A stretch of DNA of 34,320 nucleotides, from contig WGED01000695.1 in NCBI GenBank assembly GCA_015492915.1, positions 1 to 34,320 of the forward strand, written 5' to 3'. The DNA comes from Cyclobacteriaceae bacterium. GTDB taxonomy: Bacteria; Bacteroidota; Bacteroidia; Cytophagales; Cyclobacteriaceae. The translations under genes were made by a program, and so were the position numbers. The notes beneath the pieces were generated by a model. That model saw only the letters and a program-made list of their open reading frames with translations, had not been told where the DNA came from and did not search any database. Shown here piece after piece: positions 1 to 9,512 of the stretch (within the stretch, counting starts at the first letter, position 1; every line of letters begins with the position of its first letter).

Positions 1-81
1 GTTTCAGTGAAATATACCGGTTCGCAAGATAATCAAATTGAAAGGGTTTCTCTTATTGTCGTTATCGACAATTCCCGTTAA
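1..81 (+). CDS. possible 3' end of a window-truncated gene (26 codons + TAA)
   Basis: Frame +1 is open from base 1 to TAA at 79-81 (VSVKYTGSQDNQIERVSLIVVIDNSR*). The other frames are closed. It is too short to identify, and an open frame of this length could be chance. Confidence 0.25.
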   Translation, partial: VSVKYTGSQDNQIERVSLIVVIDNSR

Positions 82-99
82 GCCATTTCAGGATCATCA

Positions 100-1203
100 T
101 CATGAAATTTTAACTCCTTTTTCCTGTAATTTTTCTTTAAATAATTGTTCAATCTGATCGATCATTTTTTCAACAGAAAAAGATGATTTAATCCTGGCAA
201 ATCCATTTTTTATCATTGCAGTCTGAAGCTCAGGGTTTGACAAAACATATTTGATGCCATCATAGAGTGCCTGCGGATTTTCCGGTTCAACAATATATCC
301 GTGTTTTTCATGCTCGATCAGTTCTCCGCGAACACCCATCACATCCGTTGTCACGCAAGCTGTCTCTACCGACATGGCCTCACGCAATACGTTGGTCATG
401 CTCTCATATCTGGAAGAAAGAACAAACAGATCGGCTGCTTTCATGATCGGCAGCACATCTTTTCTAAATCCAATAAATTGTATATAATCATCAACCTGTA
501 ACTTTTTTGCCATCTTTTTCAGTTCATCTTCAAGCGGTCCCTCTCCTACAACGATAAACCTCCAGTCATCACCATTGTCCTTAGCCTTTTTAGCTGCCTG
601 AATCAAAATATCAAAACCTTTTTGCCGTGCGACGCGTCCTACTGCCACCATTACTTTCGAACTTTGCGGCAGATTAAACATTGCTTTCAGATCAATGTCA
701 TCTACATCGCCAATAAACTCGAAACCATCATGAATGGGATGAATAAAATCATCTTTAAAATACCCGTACCTCATGTAAATATCCTTCAAGGCAAAAGTGT
801 TTGTGATGATCCCATCGATATATTTCGTATAAGCCAGTTTGTGGTAGAATTTTTTCTTTATGATATCCAGGCCGCTTCTGGCAAGGATTAATGGCACACC
901 GGCAATTTTTGCTGCCAGACAGCCTATCTTCACATCTCTTGTCTGCACGCCAATAAACACATCGATTTTTTCTTTTTTCAGAAACCTGACCAGTTTTGGA
1001 ATTTTCCAAAATGCTACATCAGCATGAAGATCAAAAGGATATATATCAAGGCCGTTCTCAATGGCACGTTGCTCAACGACTGATCCCGGGCGGCTTGAAA
1101 TGATTGCATGGTGGCCTCGCTTTTTCATGAGCCGACCAACTTGTACCACCCATCGCTCACAGCCACCCCACACGGGCATCGTGTTCAGAAAAAATATACG
1201 CAT
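100..1203 (-). CDS. glycosyltransferase, GT4 / group 1 (GT-B fold)
   Basis: 367-aa ORF. The N-terminus MRIFFLNTMPVWGGCERWV and the C-terminal donor-binding region (SRYESMTNVLREAMSVETACVTTDVMGVRGELIEHEKHGYIV) are typical of GT4 enzymes. Confidence 0.88.
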   Translation of the reverse strand: MRIFFLNTMPVWGGCERWVVQVGRLMKKRGHHAIISSRPGSVVEQRAIENGLDIYPFDLHADVAFWKIPKLVRFLKKEKIDVFIGVQTRDVKIGCLAAKIAGVPLILARSGLDIIKKKFYHKLAYTKYIDGIITNTFALKDIYMRYGYFKDDFIHPIHDGFEFIGDVDDIDLKAMFNLPQSSKVMVAVGRVARQKGFDILIQAAKKAKDNGDDWRFIVVGEGPLEDELKKMAKKLQVDDYIQFIGFRKDVLPIMKAADLFVLSSRYESMTNVLREAMSVETACVTTDVMGVRGELIEHEKHGYIVEPENPQALYDGIKYVLSNPELQTAMIKNGFARIKSSFSVEKMIDQIEQLFKEKLQEKGVKIS

Positions 1204-1314
1204 TCTCTTTGCTGGTTTATTTTAATGTATCGTATTTTACTGGTAATCAATGATTTGGTTAGGTACAAACCAATTCAATGTTATTTATGTTTGTTCTATG
1301 GTGCTGTGTTCTTT

Positions 1315-2772
1315 TTAATGCCTCCTCCAATAAAACGGTGTCAATAATATCAATACGGTAAATAATTCCAGTCTGCCGAGCAACATCAGGAAGGAAAGGA
1401 ACCATTTGCCGGCGGGAGAAATAAAGGCAAAATTATCTACAGGCCCCACGCGACCGATTCCGGGCCCGATATTACCAAGGCATGTAGCCACAGCCCCCAT
1501 GGATGTATTAAAATCATATCCCATGGATGATATGATCACTGACCCTAATGCGAACACCATGAAATAAATAATCATAAAAGCCATGACGTTAAAGGTAATT
1601 TCAGCGGAGACGGCCCTGTTATTAAGGCGCACGGGTAACATGGCCTGCGGGTGAAGCTGACGTCTGAGCTCCAGGATACTGTTTTTAAGTAAAATGATAT
1701 GCCGCACCACTTTTACTCCGCCGGCAGTTGAGCCTGCCGAAGCGCCGATAAACATCAGCATGAAAAACAATACGGTGAGCAATGGCTCCCAGCTTGTATA
1801 ATCTGCCGTTACATAACCGGTCGTCGTAATGATAGAGACGAGTTGAAACAGTGAATCTCTGAAAGCTTTTTCGAAACTGCTTTCCGTAAGGTAATACACC
1901 AGTACTGTGACCAGCACGGCAAAACCGGCCGTGAAAAGAAGATAATAACGAAATTCCTCATTATCCCATACTTTTCTGAGGCGACCGTGGAGTGCGAAAT
2001 ATGTCAATGTGAAATTAGTGCCAGCAAGGAACATGAATATGATGATGACATATTGGATGAAAGGGGAAGTGAAATATGCGATACTTGCTTGTTTGGTAGA
2101 AAATCCGCCGGTAGCCATCGTGGTCAGAGAGTGATTAATGGCATCGAAATATGACATTCCGCCTATTTTCAGGAGTACAGCCTCCCCGACGGTGAGCAGC
2201 AGATAGATCAGCCATAACCTCTTGGCTGTATCCGTGATGCGTGGCTTGAGTTTATCAGGGGTGACGCCCGGAGCCTCCGCGACGAATAGCTGCATGCCGC
2301 CGATACCCAACAGTGGCAATATGGCAACTGTAAGAACGATAATGCCCATGCCGCCGATCCACTGGGTGAGGCTGCGCCACATCAGAATTCCTTCACTCAT
2401 CGATTCTATATCATTGAGTATTGAGGCACCGGTAGTCGTAAAACCCGATAACGTCTCAAAAAAAGCATCGGCCATAGTCGGTATCTCACCGCTCAGCAGG
2501 TAAGGGAGTGTGCCAAAGAAAGACATTGTCAGCCAGCCCAGTGTGACGATCAGATAGCCGTCCCGCTTGCTCAGCCCGTTTTTGCTTTTGCTCCTCGTAA
2601 TGAAATAGACGATGGTGCCAATTGCAGAAGTGATCAGGCCTGAATAAAGCAATGCCCGCCATTGCCCGTCGTTGTAGTAAAGAGATACGGCAAGGCAGAG
2701 CAGCATAAATCCCCCGTTGAGCATCAGCAGGATACTGAGAATGGAAAAAATGGCCTTCAGGTTGAGTCTCAT
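1315..2772 (-). CDS. trkH: TrkH/KtrB-family potassium uptake membrane subunit
   Basis: 485-aa polytopic ORF with four selectivity-filter-like P-loop motifs (TTTGAS, MATGGFS, TTTGY, STAGGVK). It lies 74 nt downstream of trkA on the same strand. Confidence 0.92.
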   Translation of the reverse strand: MRLNLKAIFSILSILLMLNGGFMLLCLAVSLYYNDGQWRALLYSGLITSAIGTIVYFITRSKSKNGLSKRDGYLIVTLGWLTMSFFGTLPYLLSGEIPTMADAFFETLSGFTTTGASILNDIESMSEGILMWRSLTQWIGGMGIIVLTVAILPLLGIGGMQLFVAEAPGVTPDKLKPRITDTAKRLWLIYLLLTVGEAVLLKIGGMSYFDAINHSLTTMATGGFSTKQASIAYFTSPFIQYVIIIFMFLAGTNFTLTYFALHGRLRKVWDNEEFRYYLLFTAGFAVLVTVLVYYLTESSFEKAFRDSLFQLVSIITTTGYVTADYTSWEPLLTVLFFMLMFIGASAGSTAGGVKVVRHIILLKNSILELRRQLHPQAMLPVRLNNRAVSAEITFNVMAFMIIYFMVFALGSVIISSMGYDFNTSMGAVATCLGNIGPGIGRVGPVDNFAFISPAGKWFLSFLMLLGRLELFTVLILLTPFYWRRH

Positions 2773-2846
2773 GACAGCTAAAAAATTACAGCTTTTTCAT
2801 GGAAACCATTAATGTAGGTAAATCTGTTGTAAACCGGCGCCATAAA

Positions 2847-4187
2847 TCACTTAAAATATTGTTCGACTTCACGAATGGTCTCGGGCAGGCTCAATACCAC
2901 AACCCTGTCTTTGGGCCTGAATTCAAAATCACCGAAAGCCGTATATCCAACACCTTTTCTCACAACTCCGCCGATAATCGCTGTTTTGGGGAAGTTAAGA
3001 TCCTTGATCTTTTTATGATTTATTTTGGAGGTTTCCTTCACCTCAAACTCCATGATTTCGGCATCCACACCGTGAATGCCTGTGAGAGAGATCACATCGC
3101 CCTTCCTGATGTACCTTGAGATAAAATTAGCTGCGATCAGCTTTTTATTGATCATGGTGTCTACGCCGATATTCTGCGATAAATGGATATAATCCATGTT
3201 TTCCACCAAAGCGATGGTTTTCTTTACTCCATAAGTCTTGGCCACGAGGCATGAAATAATATTTGTCTCGGAGTTATTGCTGACAGCGATAAAAGCATCC
3301 ATATCCTCGAGGCCTTCTTCCTTGAGCAAGTCTACACTGGTAAAGTCACCGTTAATCACCAGGGTGTCTCTGAGTTCATCTACGAGCTCCATGCAACGGT
3401 CCTTATTTGCTTCTATCAGCTTGATTCTGTACTTTTTACTCAATCGTCGCGCGGCGTGATATCCGATTTTTGTCCCGCCGAGAATCATCAGGTTTTTAAA
3501 GACGACCTTTTCCTGGCTCGACAGCTCCATCACTTTCTGCACGCCACTCGGTTCGGCAATGAAATAAGCGTGGTCACCGGTCAGAAAAGTTGTGTTGCCA
3601 TGAGGAATGATCGTTTTCCCATTGCGTAAAATGGCCACGGTGATAAAATTCTGATCAGGATTCAGATATGTGGTATCCTTGATACTTTTATTGACAAGCT
3701 GACTATTTTCGCCAATATGAATACCCACCAAGGTGAGCATGCCGTTGTCAAATTCGAAGGTATCGGTAAGGGCGGCTTCCCGCAACAACCTCTTGATTTC
3801 GCGTGCTGCCAGGCTTTCCGGAGAGATCAATTCATCAATACCCACAGTTTTCAGATCGAGCGTCTCTTTGTCGATCAGATATTCCATATTATCGATACGT
3901 GCTATGGTTTTTTTTGCGCCGAGTTTTTTGGCAATGATACACGTGGCAAGGTTGGTCTCCTCGGAAGAGGTAACGGCGATTAACAAATCCGCCTTACTCA
4001 CCGCAGCCGATTTTAAGAATTTATAAGATGTGGAACTTCCTTTTACTGTGTGTACATCGAGGTGGGATGATATATAATTCAATCGTTCCTGATCAAGGTC
4101 AATGACAACGATTTCCTGTCTTTCCTGCGTCAGTTGCTTTGCGAGATGGAACCCTACTTCTCCTGCTCCTGCTATTATAATGTTCAT
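2847..4187 (-). CDS. trkA: Trk system potassium uptake protein TrkA (tandem RCK/NAD-binding domains)
   Basis: 446 aa. Rossmann motifs sit at the start of each half (IIIAGAGEVGFHLA and MILGGTKIGYHAA). Forms an operon with trkH. Confidence 0.93.
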   Translation of the reverse strand: MNIIIAGAGEVGFHLAKQLTQERQEIVVIDLDQERLNYISSHLDVHTVKGSSTSYKFLKSAAVSKADLLIAVTSSEETNLATCIIAKKLGAKKTIARIDNMEYLIDKETLDLKTVGIDELISPESLAAREIKRLLREAALTDTFEFDNGMLTLVGIHIGENSQLVNKSIKDTTYLNPDQNFITVAILRNGKTIIPHGNTTFLTGDHAYFIAEPSGVQKVMELSSQEKVVFKNLMILGGTKIGYHAARRLSKKYRIKLIEANKDRCMELVDELRDTLVINGDFTSVDLLKEEGLEDMDAFIAVSNNSETNIISCLVAKTYGVKKTIALVENMDYIHLSQNIGVDTMINKKLIAANFISRYIRKGDVISLTGIHGVDAEIMEFEVKETSKINHKKIKDLNFPKTAIIGGVVRKGVGYTAFGDFEFRPKDRVVVLSLPETIREVEQYFK

Positions 4188-4277
4188 TGATAAAAATGAT
4201 CAATTGTGATACAAATATAAATACTGTGGTGTAACAAAATACAACAATTTGATATTTAAATATTCCTGTTTTTCAGA

Positions 4278-5510
4278 TCATTCCATCAGCGGTTGCTCCA
4301 GCAAGGTCCTGTTGTAAGTAAGCCAGAACCCGGCATCGTTGGGAGCTTCCTGAAGATAGAGCGGCCTGGTAATATCAATGGCTGTTTTCTTGTCTATGGG
4401 GGTATAATCCGCTGCATTGATTTTATTGATAAAAAACTCACGAAAAAGGGAGATATCCACCTTCCCGTCCAGGGTCAGCAACTGAAAGTAATTCATATAG
4501 GAGAAATATTTCAGGTACATCTTATCCTGAAATTCCCGGTATTCAACATTGAGCTCAAACAGCTTTTTGGTCTCCAGTCGTTTAGTGACGAAATATGCGT
4601 AATTGAATTTGACGATGGCATAATTATCGGTACGGATGAATAACTGCCCTTTTATTGACACATGAGTAAATTTGAATTTTCTGCCGGTTGAAATATTGAT
4701 GACATATACCTCCTTGCCGTCGATGGTCGTATAGTATTCTATTTTAAAGTCATAATTCCTGTCGGCAAACGTATCGAATACACCTATGAAAGGAACTGCG
4801 GTGATATGGTTTCGTATGGGATTGTGATAATAAAGATTCAGGAATTCATTGCCGCTGTACGAAGACGCCACACCATGCAGCAGAATTTTGGTGGAGTCAT
4901 TCTCATAATCCGTGACATACCCGGTAAGATTGTCAATATAATTACGGCTATAACGTAACTGATTAATCTTGATAAGCGTGCGATCGATAGGTTTTCTGAA
5001 TCCTTTGTCGTCCACTTCGATCACCGCTTCGAGCATACTGACATATTGGTTATTTTTCTTTAAATAATCACGGTAATACCCTTTGAGATTGAATGGCTTT
5101 TTGGGATAATTTCTTGGGATCCTTGCGATGGCTTTAGCAACCACCCGTTTACCCGTAATTTTCTCATCTTTAACAAGAATGTTCTGCAGGTAGCTTACCG
5201 TCGGTTTGAGCAATATATCAAAGCGGTTTTTCCCCTTCAGTTCCTGTACGGCTACTTTGAATGTGGCGTAACCTATGGCTGTGGCACACAATGAATCATT
5301 CAGTACTTTGTCCGGGATATGAAATTCAAATTCGCCCAGGTCATTGGCCACGGTTCCGATGCTCTTGCCGCAGATACCCACGTGCGCAAAACTGACACCT
5401 TCACCCGTTTCCAGATCCGTAACTTTCCCTTTGATGAATAACTGCTGGGCACTGACATTTAAGACCCAGAATAAAAATACCGGCAGCACTGTCCACTTCA
5501 TGGGCCGCAA
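4278..5510 (-). CDS. secreted carboxypeptidase-regulatory-like (CarboxypepD_reg) domain protein, function unknown
   Basis: Signal peptide MRPMKWTVLPVFLFWVLNVSAQ. It is followed by a CarboxypepD_reg-type pattern (FIKGKVTDLETGEGVSFAHVGI...TVANDLGEFEFHIP). The remaining ~300 aa are not recognised. Confidence 0.72.
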   Translation of the reverse strand: MRPMKWTVLPVFLFWVLNVSAQQLFIKGKVTDLETGEGVSFAHVGICGKSIGTVANDLGEFEFHIPDKVLNDSLCATAIGYATFKVAVQELKGKNRFDILLKPTVSYLQNILVKDEKITGKRVVAKAIARIPRNYPKKPFNLKGYYRDYLKKNNQYVSMLEAVIEVDDKGFRKPIDRTLIKINQLRYSRNYIDNLTGYVTDYENDSTKILLHGVASSYSGNEFLNLYYHNPIRNHITAVPFIGVFDTFADRNYDFKIEYYTTIDGKEVYVINISTGRKFKFTHVSIKGQLFIRTDNYAIVKFNYAYFVTKRLETKKLFELNVEYREFQDKMYLKYFSYMNYFQLLTLDGKVDISLFREFFINKINAADYTPIDKKTAIDITRPLYLQEAPNDAGFWLTYNRTLLEQPLME

Positions 5511-5573
5511 AATTAAAAGATTACTACAATTTTATTACCTTAATCCTCAATAGATTTCACCACAAAGCCTGAT

Positions 5574-7502
5574 TTGCGAAAAGAAAAAGTGCGCGATCCA
5601 TTAAAAATATTGAAACAGTATTGGGGATATGATTCCTTCAGAGCCTTACAAAAGGAGATTGTCATGTCCGTGCTCAATAAAAATGACACGGTGGCACTGT
5701 TGCCTACCGGCGGAGGAAAATCGCTTTGCTATCAATTGCCGGCGATGTGTAAGGAAGGCTTGTGCCTGGTTATTTCCCCGCTGATCGCACTGATGAAAGA
5801 CCAGGTGGATGAGTTAAATAAAAGAGGAATAAAAGCGTATGCCATCTACACGGGTTTGACAAACAGAGAAATAGACATTATCCTCGACAATTGCATCTAT
5901 GGAGAAGTAAAGCTTTTGTATGTCTCTCCCGAGCGACTCCGGACGGAAATTTTCAGGGAGCGCGTCAAAAACATGAATGTGAACCTCCTGGCTGTTGATG
6001 AGGCGCATTGTATTTCGCAGTGGGGTTATGATTTCAGGCCGACTTATCTCCAGATTGCCGAATTTCGGGATTCTTACCTCCCGGGAGTCAAGACCATTGC
6101 ACTTACGGCCACAGCCACAGGACAAGTAGTCGATGATATATGTGAGAAACTTTTGCTCCGGGAACCTCGCCGCTACAAGGCCAGTTTTGAAAGGGAAAAT
6201 CTGGCACTGGCAGTGCGCAAGCCTCAACACAAAGAGAGTAAGTTGCTGGAAATTCTCAATAAAGTGCAAGGCCCGGCACTCGTTTACGTACGAAACAGAC
6301 GTAAGGCAAAAGAAATTGCCGCATGGCTCCTCACTCACCATATCTCAGCCGATTATTATCATGCGGGGCTCGGCCATGACCTGAGAGCAAAAAAACAGGA
6401 GTTTTGGCAATCAGGTGATACAAGGGTGATGGTGGCTACAAATGCTTTCGGAATGGGTATCAATAAAGATAATGTCAGGATTGTGATCCACTATGATATT
6501 CCGGACAACCTGGAGGCGTATTACCAGGAAGCGGGTCGTGCCGGCAGGGATGGTAAAAGAGCTTATGCAGTCATTCTTTATCATGAGGGGGACAAGCATC
6601 AGCTTTATCAGAGTTTCGAAAATTCGAACCCTTCGCCTGACTTTATCCGCAGGGTGTACCAGGCACTGGCCAATTATTATAAGATTGCCGTCGGCTCCAA
6701 TATGCTCTCTTATTTTGATTTTGACATCACAGATTTTTGCAACCGGTTTGATTTCTCGGCCCGTGAAGCATATTACGCTATTCAGAGACTGGAAGAGGAG
6801 GGCTTTGTTGAATTGAATGAAAGTTTTTACCACCCTTCAAAAATCTCTTTTAATATCGACAAAACAGAGCTTTACAAATACCTGATTGCCAACGTAGCCC
6901 TGGAGCCGCTTATCAAGACCTTGCTAAGGCTCTACGGGGGCGAATTATTTGGTAATTTCATGCGCATCTCCGAAAATCAGATTGCCCGAGTGCTGAATAT
7001 ACCGTTGGGAAAGGTGAAACACCAACTTGCGGCCCTAAATGAGCAAAAGATTATCACTTATGACAAAATGAGAGACAAGCCCCAGCTCGCGTTTATTACG
7101 CAAAGGTATGATGCGTCTGCATTGCCGCTGGACATCCAGAGACTCAATGAGCGCCGGAAAATTAAAAAGCAAAAACTGGATTCAATGATCCGGTATGTTG
7201 AGGATACAGGACATTGCAGGACCAGATTTATCCTCGGATACTTTGGGGAGAAAAGCTTTGATGACTGTGGACATTGCGATTACTGCATTGAAAAAAGAAG
7301 GACGCTGTCGGAATCCGATCAGGAACGGATCCGGGAGATTGTTCATTACCAGCTTCACAAAGGTCCCATTCTGCCCGACGAGCTCAGCCGGATTTTTGCG
7401 CATCATGAGCAGTCTTTACTTGACGAGATAATTCGGGAAATGAGCGAAAAGGACCTGATCGCCTATGACATGCAGGGGAGGCTGCACTGGAAGCAGCAGT
7501 GA
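5574..7502 (+). CDS. RecQ-family ATP-dependent DNA helicase (~640-aa paralogue type)
   Basis: Motif I LLPTGGGKSLCYQLP, motif II VDEAHCISQWGYDFRP, LTATAT, and motif VI QEAGRAGRDG. There is a C-terminal Cys cluster CRTRFILGYFGE..CGHCDYC. The start is uncertain: TTG 5574 or GTG 5589. It must lie upstream of LKQYWGYDSFR. Confidence 0.9.
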   Translation: MRKEKVRDPLKILKQYWGYDSFRALQKEIVMSVLNKNDTVALLPTGGGKSLCYQLPAMCKEGLCLVISPLIALMKDQVDELNKRGIKAYAIYTGLTNREIDIILDNCIYGEVKLLYVSPERLRTEIFRERVKNMNVNLLAVDEAHCISQWGYDFRPTYLQIAEFRDSYLPGVKTIALTATATGQVVDDICEKLLLREPRRYKASFERENLALAVRKPQHKESKLLEILNKVQGPALVYVRNRRKAKEIAAWLLTHHISADYYHAGLGHDLRAKKQEFWQSGDTRVMVATNAFGMGINKDNVRIVIHYDIPDNLEAYYQEAGRAGRDGKRAYAVILYHEGDKHQLYQSFENSNPSPDFIRRVYQALANYYKIAVGSNMLSYFDFDITDFCNRFDFSAREAYYAIQRLEEEGFVELNESFYHPSKISFNIDKTELYKYLIANVALEPLIKTLLRLYGGELFGNFMRISENQIARVLNIPLGKVKHQLAALNEQKIITYDKMRDKPQLAFITQRYDASALPLDIQRLNERRKIKKQKLDSMIRYVEDTGHCRTRFILGYFGEKSFDDCGHCDYCIEKRRTLSESDQERIREIVHYQLHKGPILPDELSRIFAHHEQSLLDEIIREMSEKDLIAYDMQGRLHWKQQ

Positions 7503-7661
7503 TTGATGCTATGGGAAATTGGTTATTTTCATGACCTTGCTGCACTGATGGGATCAGGCAAATGCAGAAGACCGGGGCAGTGTTGAATCAGCGTGCCCAC
7601 ATAATGGGATGAACGTGTTGTTGTTAAATCGGACAGCTTCCAATTTTTAAACAGATCGGAA

Positions 7662-8333
7662 ATGGAAACCCTGGAAAGAAGGCTGGACAGAACAGCCATG
7701 AAAGTCAATTATAAAAGAATTGTGTGGTTTTATGACTTTTGGAGTTGGCTGACCGAAAGTAAGGCAGCAAAATATGTACTGCAATTTGCTGAAATTAAAG
7801 ACGGGGAAACTATCCTGGAAGTGGCCTGCGGAACAGGCGTTGTCTTTAAAGAAATACTGAAAAGAAATCCCCACGGGAAAACTCTAGGTATTGATCTGTC
7901 GCCGGATATGCTCCGGAAGGCAGGAAAGCGATTAAAAAACATGGATAAGGTTGATTTTGAGCTATTGGAAGGCGATGCTCTGGCGCTAGATTTTGGTGAT
8001 AATACATTTGATCTGTTGATCAATAATTTTATGATCGATCTGATGCCTGCCGGTACTTTTGATGAAATAGCGGAAGAATTTTACAGGGTTATTAAACCCG
8101 GCGGAAGGGTAGTGGTTTCGACTTTTTCTTTCGGTAAAAAGAAAATCCATAAGTTTTGGTTTTGGCTTGCCAAAAAATTCCCGGACCTTTTAGCCGGTTG
8201 CCGTCCGGTTTCGTTTAAGGACAATTTAATTAAAGCCGGATTTGAGATTGAAAAGAGTATTGATCTGAGTCAGAACACATTCCCGTCGAAAGTGATAAAA
8301 GCGAGAAAAGCAAAGACTACCAGCGGACAGTAA
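7662..8333 (+). CDS. class I SAM-dependent methyltransferase
   Basis: 223 aa. SAM-binding motif I ILEVACGTGVV, with later LEGDALALDF and IKPGGRVVV motifs (Methyltransf_11/UbiE-like). Confidence 0.85.
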   Translation: METLERRLDRTAMKVNYKRIVWFYDFWSWLTESKAAKYVLQFAEIKDGETILEVACGTGVVFKEILKRNPHGKTLGIDLSPDMLRKAGKRLKNMDKVDFELLEGDALALDFGDNTFDLLINNFMIDLMPAGTFDEIAEEFYRVIKPGGRVVVSTFSFGKKKIHKFWFWLAKKFPDLLAGCRPVSFKDNLIKAGFEIEKSIDLSQNTFPSKVIKARKAKTTSGQ

Positions 8334-8341
8334 AATTGGCT

Positions 8342-8365
8342 ATGAAAAAATGATGATTTTTTCAT
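8342..8365. terminator. A/T hairpin between convergent genes (ATGAAAAAA-tgatga-TTTTTTCAT), likely a bidirectional terminator
   Basis: Perfect 9-bp stem with a 6-nt loop. It lies between the stop at 8333 (+) and the stop at 8374 (-). It is copy 1 of a recurring 24-nt motif (see findings). Confidence 0.45.
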
Positions 8366-8373
8366 GTGCCTGT

Positions 8374-9420
8374 TCATTGCAGGGATATGACACTGCCCGT
8401 CCTGTTGCTCTCGATGGCCGCTTCAATGATTCGTATTACATCGAGCGATTGTTCCGGTTTTACCGCAAGTTCGGTGCTATTACGTATGGCATCATGAATA
8501 TTTTCATAATAAGCCAGATAATCACCGGGGATTGTCTCGATGCGGCCCGTGACATGCAATCCTGAGATCGTGGTGTTCAGTTTACCCCACAGTTTTTTCT
8601 TTTCCATACCCCATTTGGGTCCTCCCGGTAATTTGCCAGCCTTGAGGTCATCTTCCTGCGGGTCGATGCCCCACTTCAGAAAAGACCCTTCCGTGCCGTG
8701 CGCGATATAGCGGGGGCCTTCCTCCCGCACCAGGTAGCTCGATTTCAGATTGACATGAAGGTCATCGTAATTCATGACAATGTCATAAAAATCATCTGCC
8801 TTCCCGCCGGTACGCTGTATGCCGATATAGGCCGACACGCTCTGGGGCAAGCCAAACAAGTCATAGGCCTGATCAATCATGTGTGATCCGAGATTATAAA
8901 CCTGCTCCGCGCCGACAGTGCGCTCTTCTTTCCAGGTATTGGGTTTTATAAAATTTCGATACCGGTCGAAATGCGATTCGAAGGACACGAGCCTGCCAAG
9001 CAGTTGCTCTTCGATCACTTTTTTGACCGTCAGGAAATCACCGTCCCATCGCCGGTTTTGGAATACGCTGATGATTCTCTTTTTCTCTTTTGCCAGGCCG
9101 ATCAATTCTTTTGCCTCAGAAGATTTTATGGTAAAAGGCTTCTCTACGATCACATGCTTTTCTGCCTCCAGCGCCATTTTGCAAAACTCATAATGCGTCA
9201 CATCCGGTGTGTTCACGATAATGAGTTCAATGTCATGATCTTTGAGTAATTCCTCATACGACTCCACGACCCTCACATAAGGATACCGCTCTTTGGAGCC
9301 CTTGTATGATCTTTCAACGATTTTTACGATGTCAAATCCGGGGTGCACATGCAGCAGTGGCGCATGAAAGACCATCCCTGACATTCCGTATGAGGCGATA
9401 CCTGTTTTGATAGGGGACAT
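8374..9420 (-). CDS. Gfo/Idh/MocA-family NAD(P)-dependent oxidoreductase
   Basis: 348 aa. N-terminal Rossmann segment IKTGIASYGMSGMVFH and the family EKP motif (HVIVEKPF). Confidence 0.9.
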   Translation of the reverse strand: MSPIKTGIASYGMSGMVFHAPLLHVHPGFDIVKIVERSYKGSKERYPYVRVVESYEELLKDHDIELIIVNTPDVTHYEFCKMALEAEKHVIVEKPFTIKSSEAKELIGLAKEKKRIISVFQNRRWDGDFLTVKKVIEEQLLGRLVSFESHFDRYRNFIKPNTWKEERTVGAEQVYNLGSHMIDQAYDLFGLPQSVSAYIGIQRTGGKADDFYDIVMNYDDLHVNLKSSYLVREEGPRYIAHGTEGSFLKWGIDPQEDDLKAGKLPGGPKWGMEKKKLWGKLNTTISGLHVTGRIETIPGDYLAYYENIHDAIRNSTELAVKPEQSLDVIRIIEAAIESNRTGSVISLQ

Positions 9421-9512
9421 TTTCTGTCGGTTAATGGTTAAATCGTTTAAAACTCATAAAATTTAAAAAGAATGCGGCCATTTCCATTTTATTAAAAAAC
9501 TTTATAAATCTC

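Noticed and set aside
4188-4277. Possible riboswitch (for example the c-di-AMP class) upstream of trkA
   Set aside because: Only 90 nt of A/T-rich sequence are available. I could see no stable helices or recognisable conserved cores. It is more likely a plain promoter region.
6611-6640. GGGTTCGAA (tRNA T-arm-like) on the minus strand
   Set aside because: It lies inside the RecQ-family coding sequence. The flanks do not form acceptor, D or anticodon stems. I found no tRNA anywhere in the window.
5814-6833. Minus-strand ORFs of 175 and 140 aa inside the RecQ-family gene
   Set aside because: They are antisense to a gene with all helicase motifs in order. They have no motifs and no independent start context.
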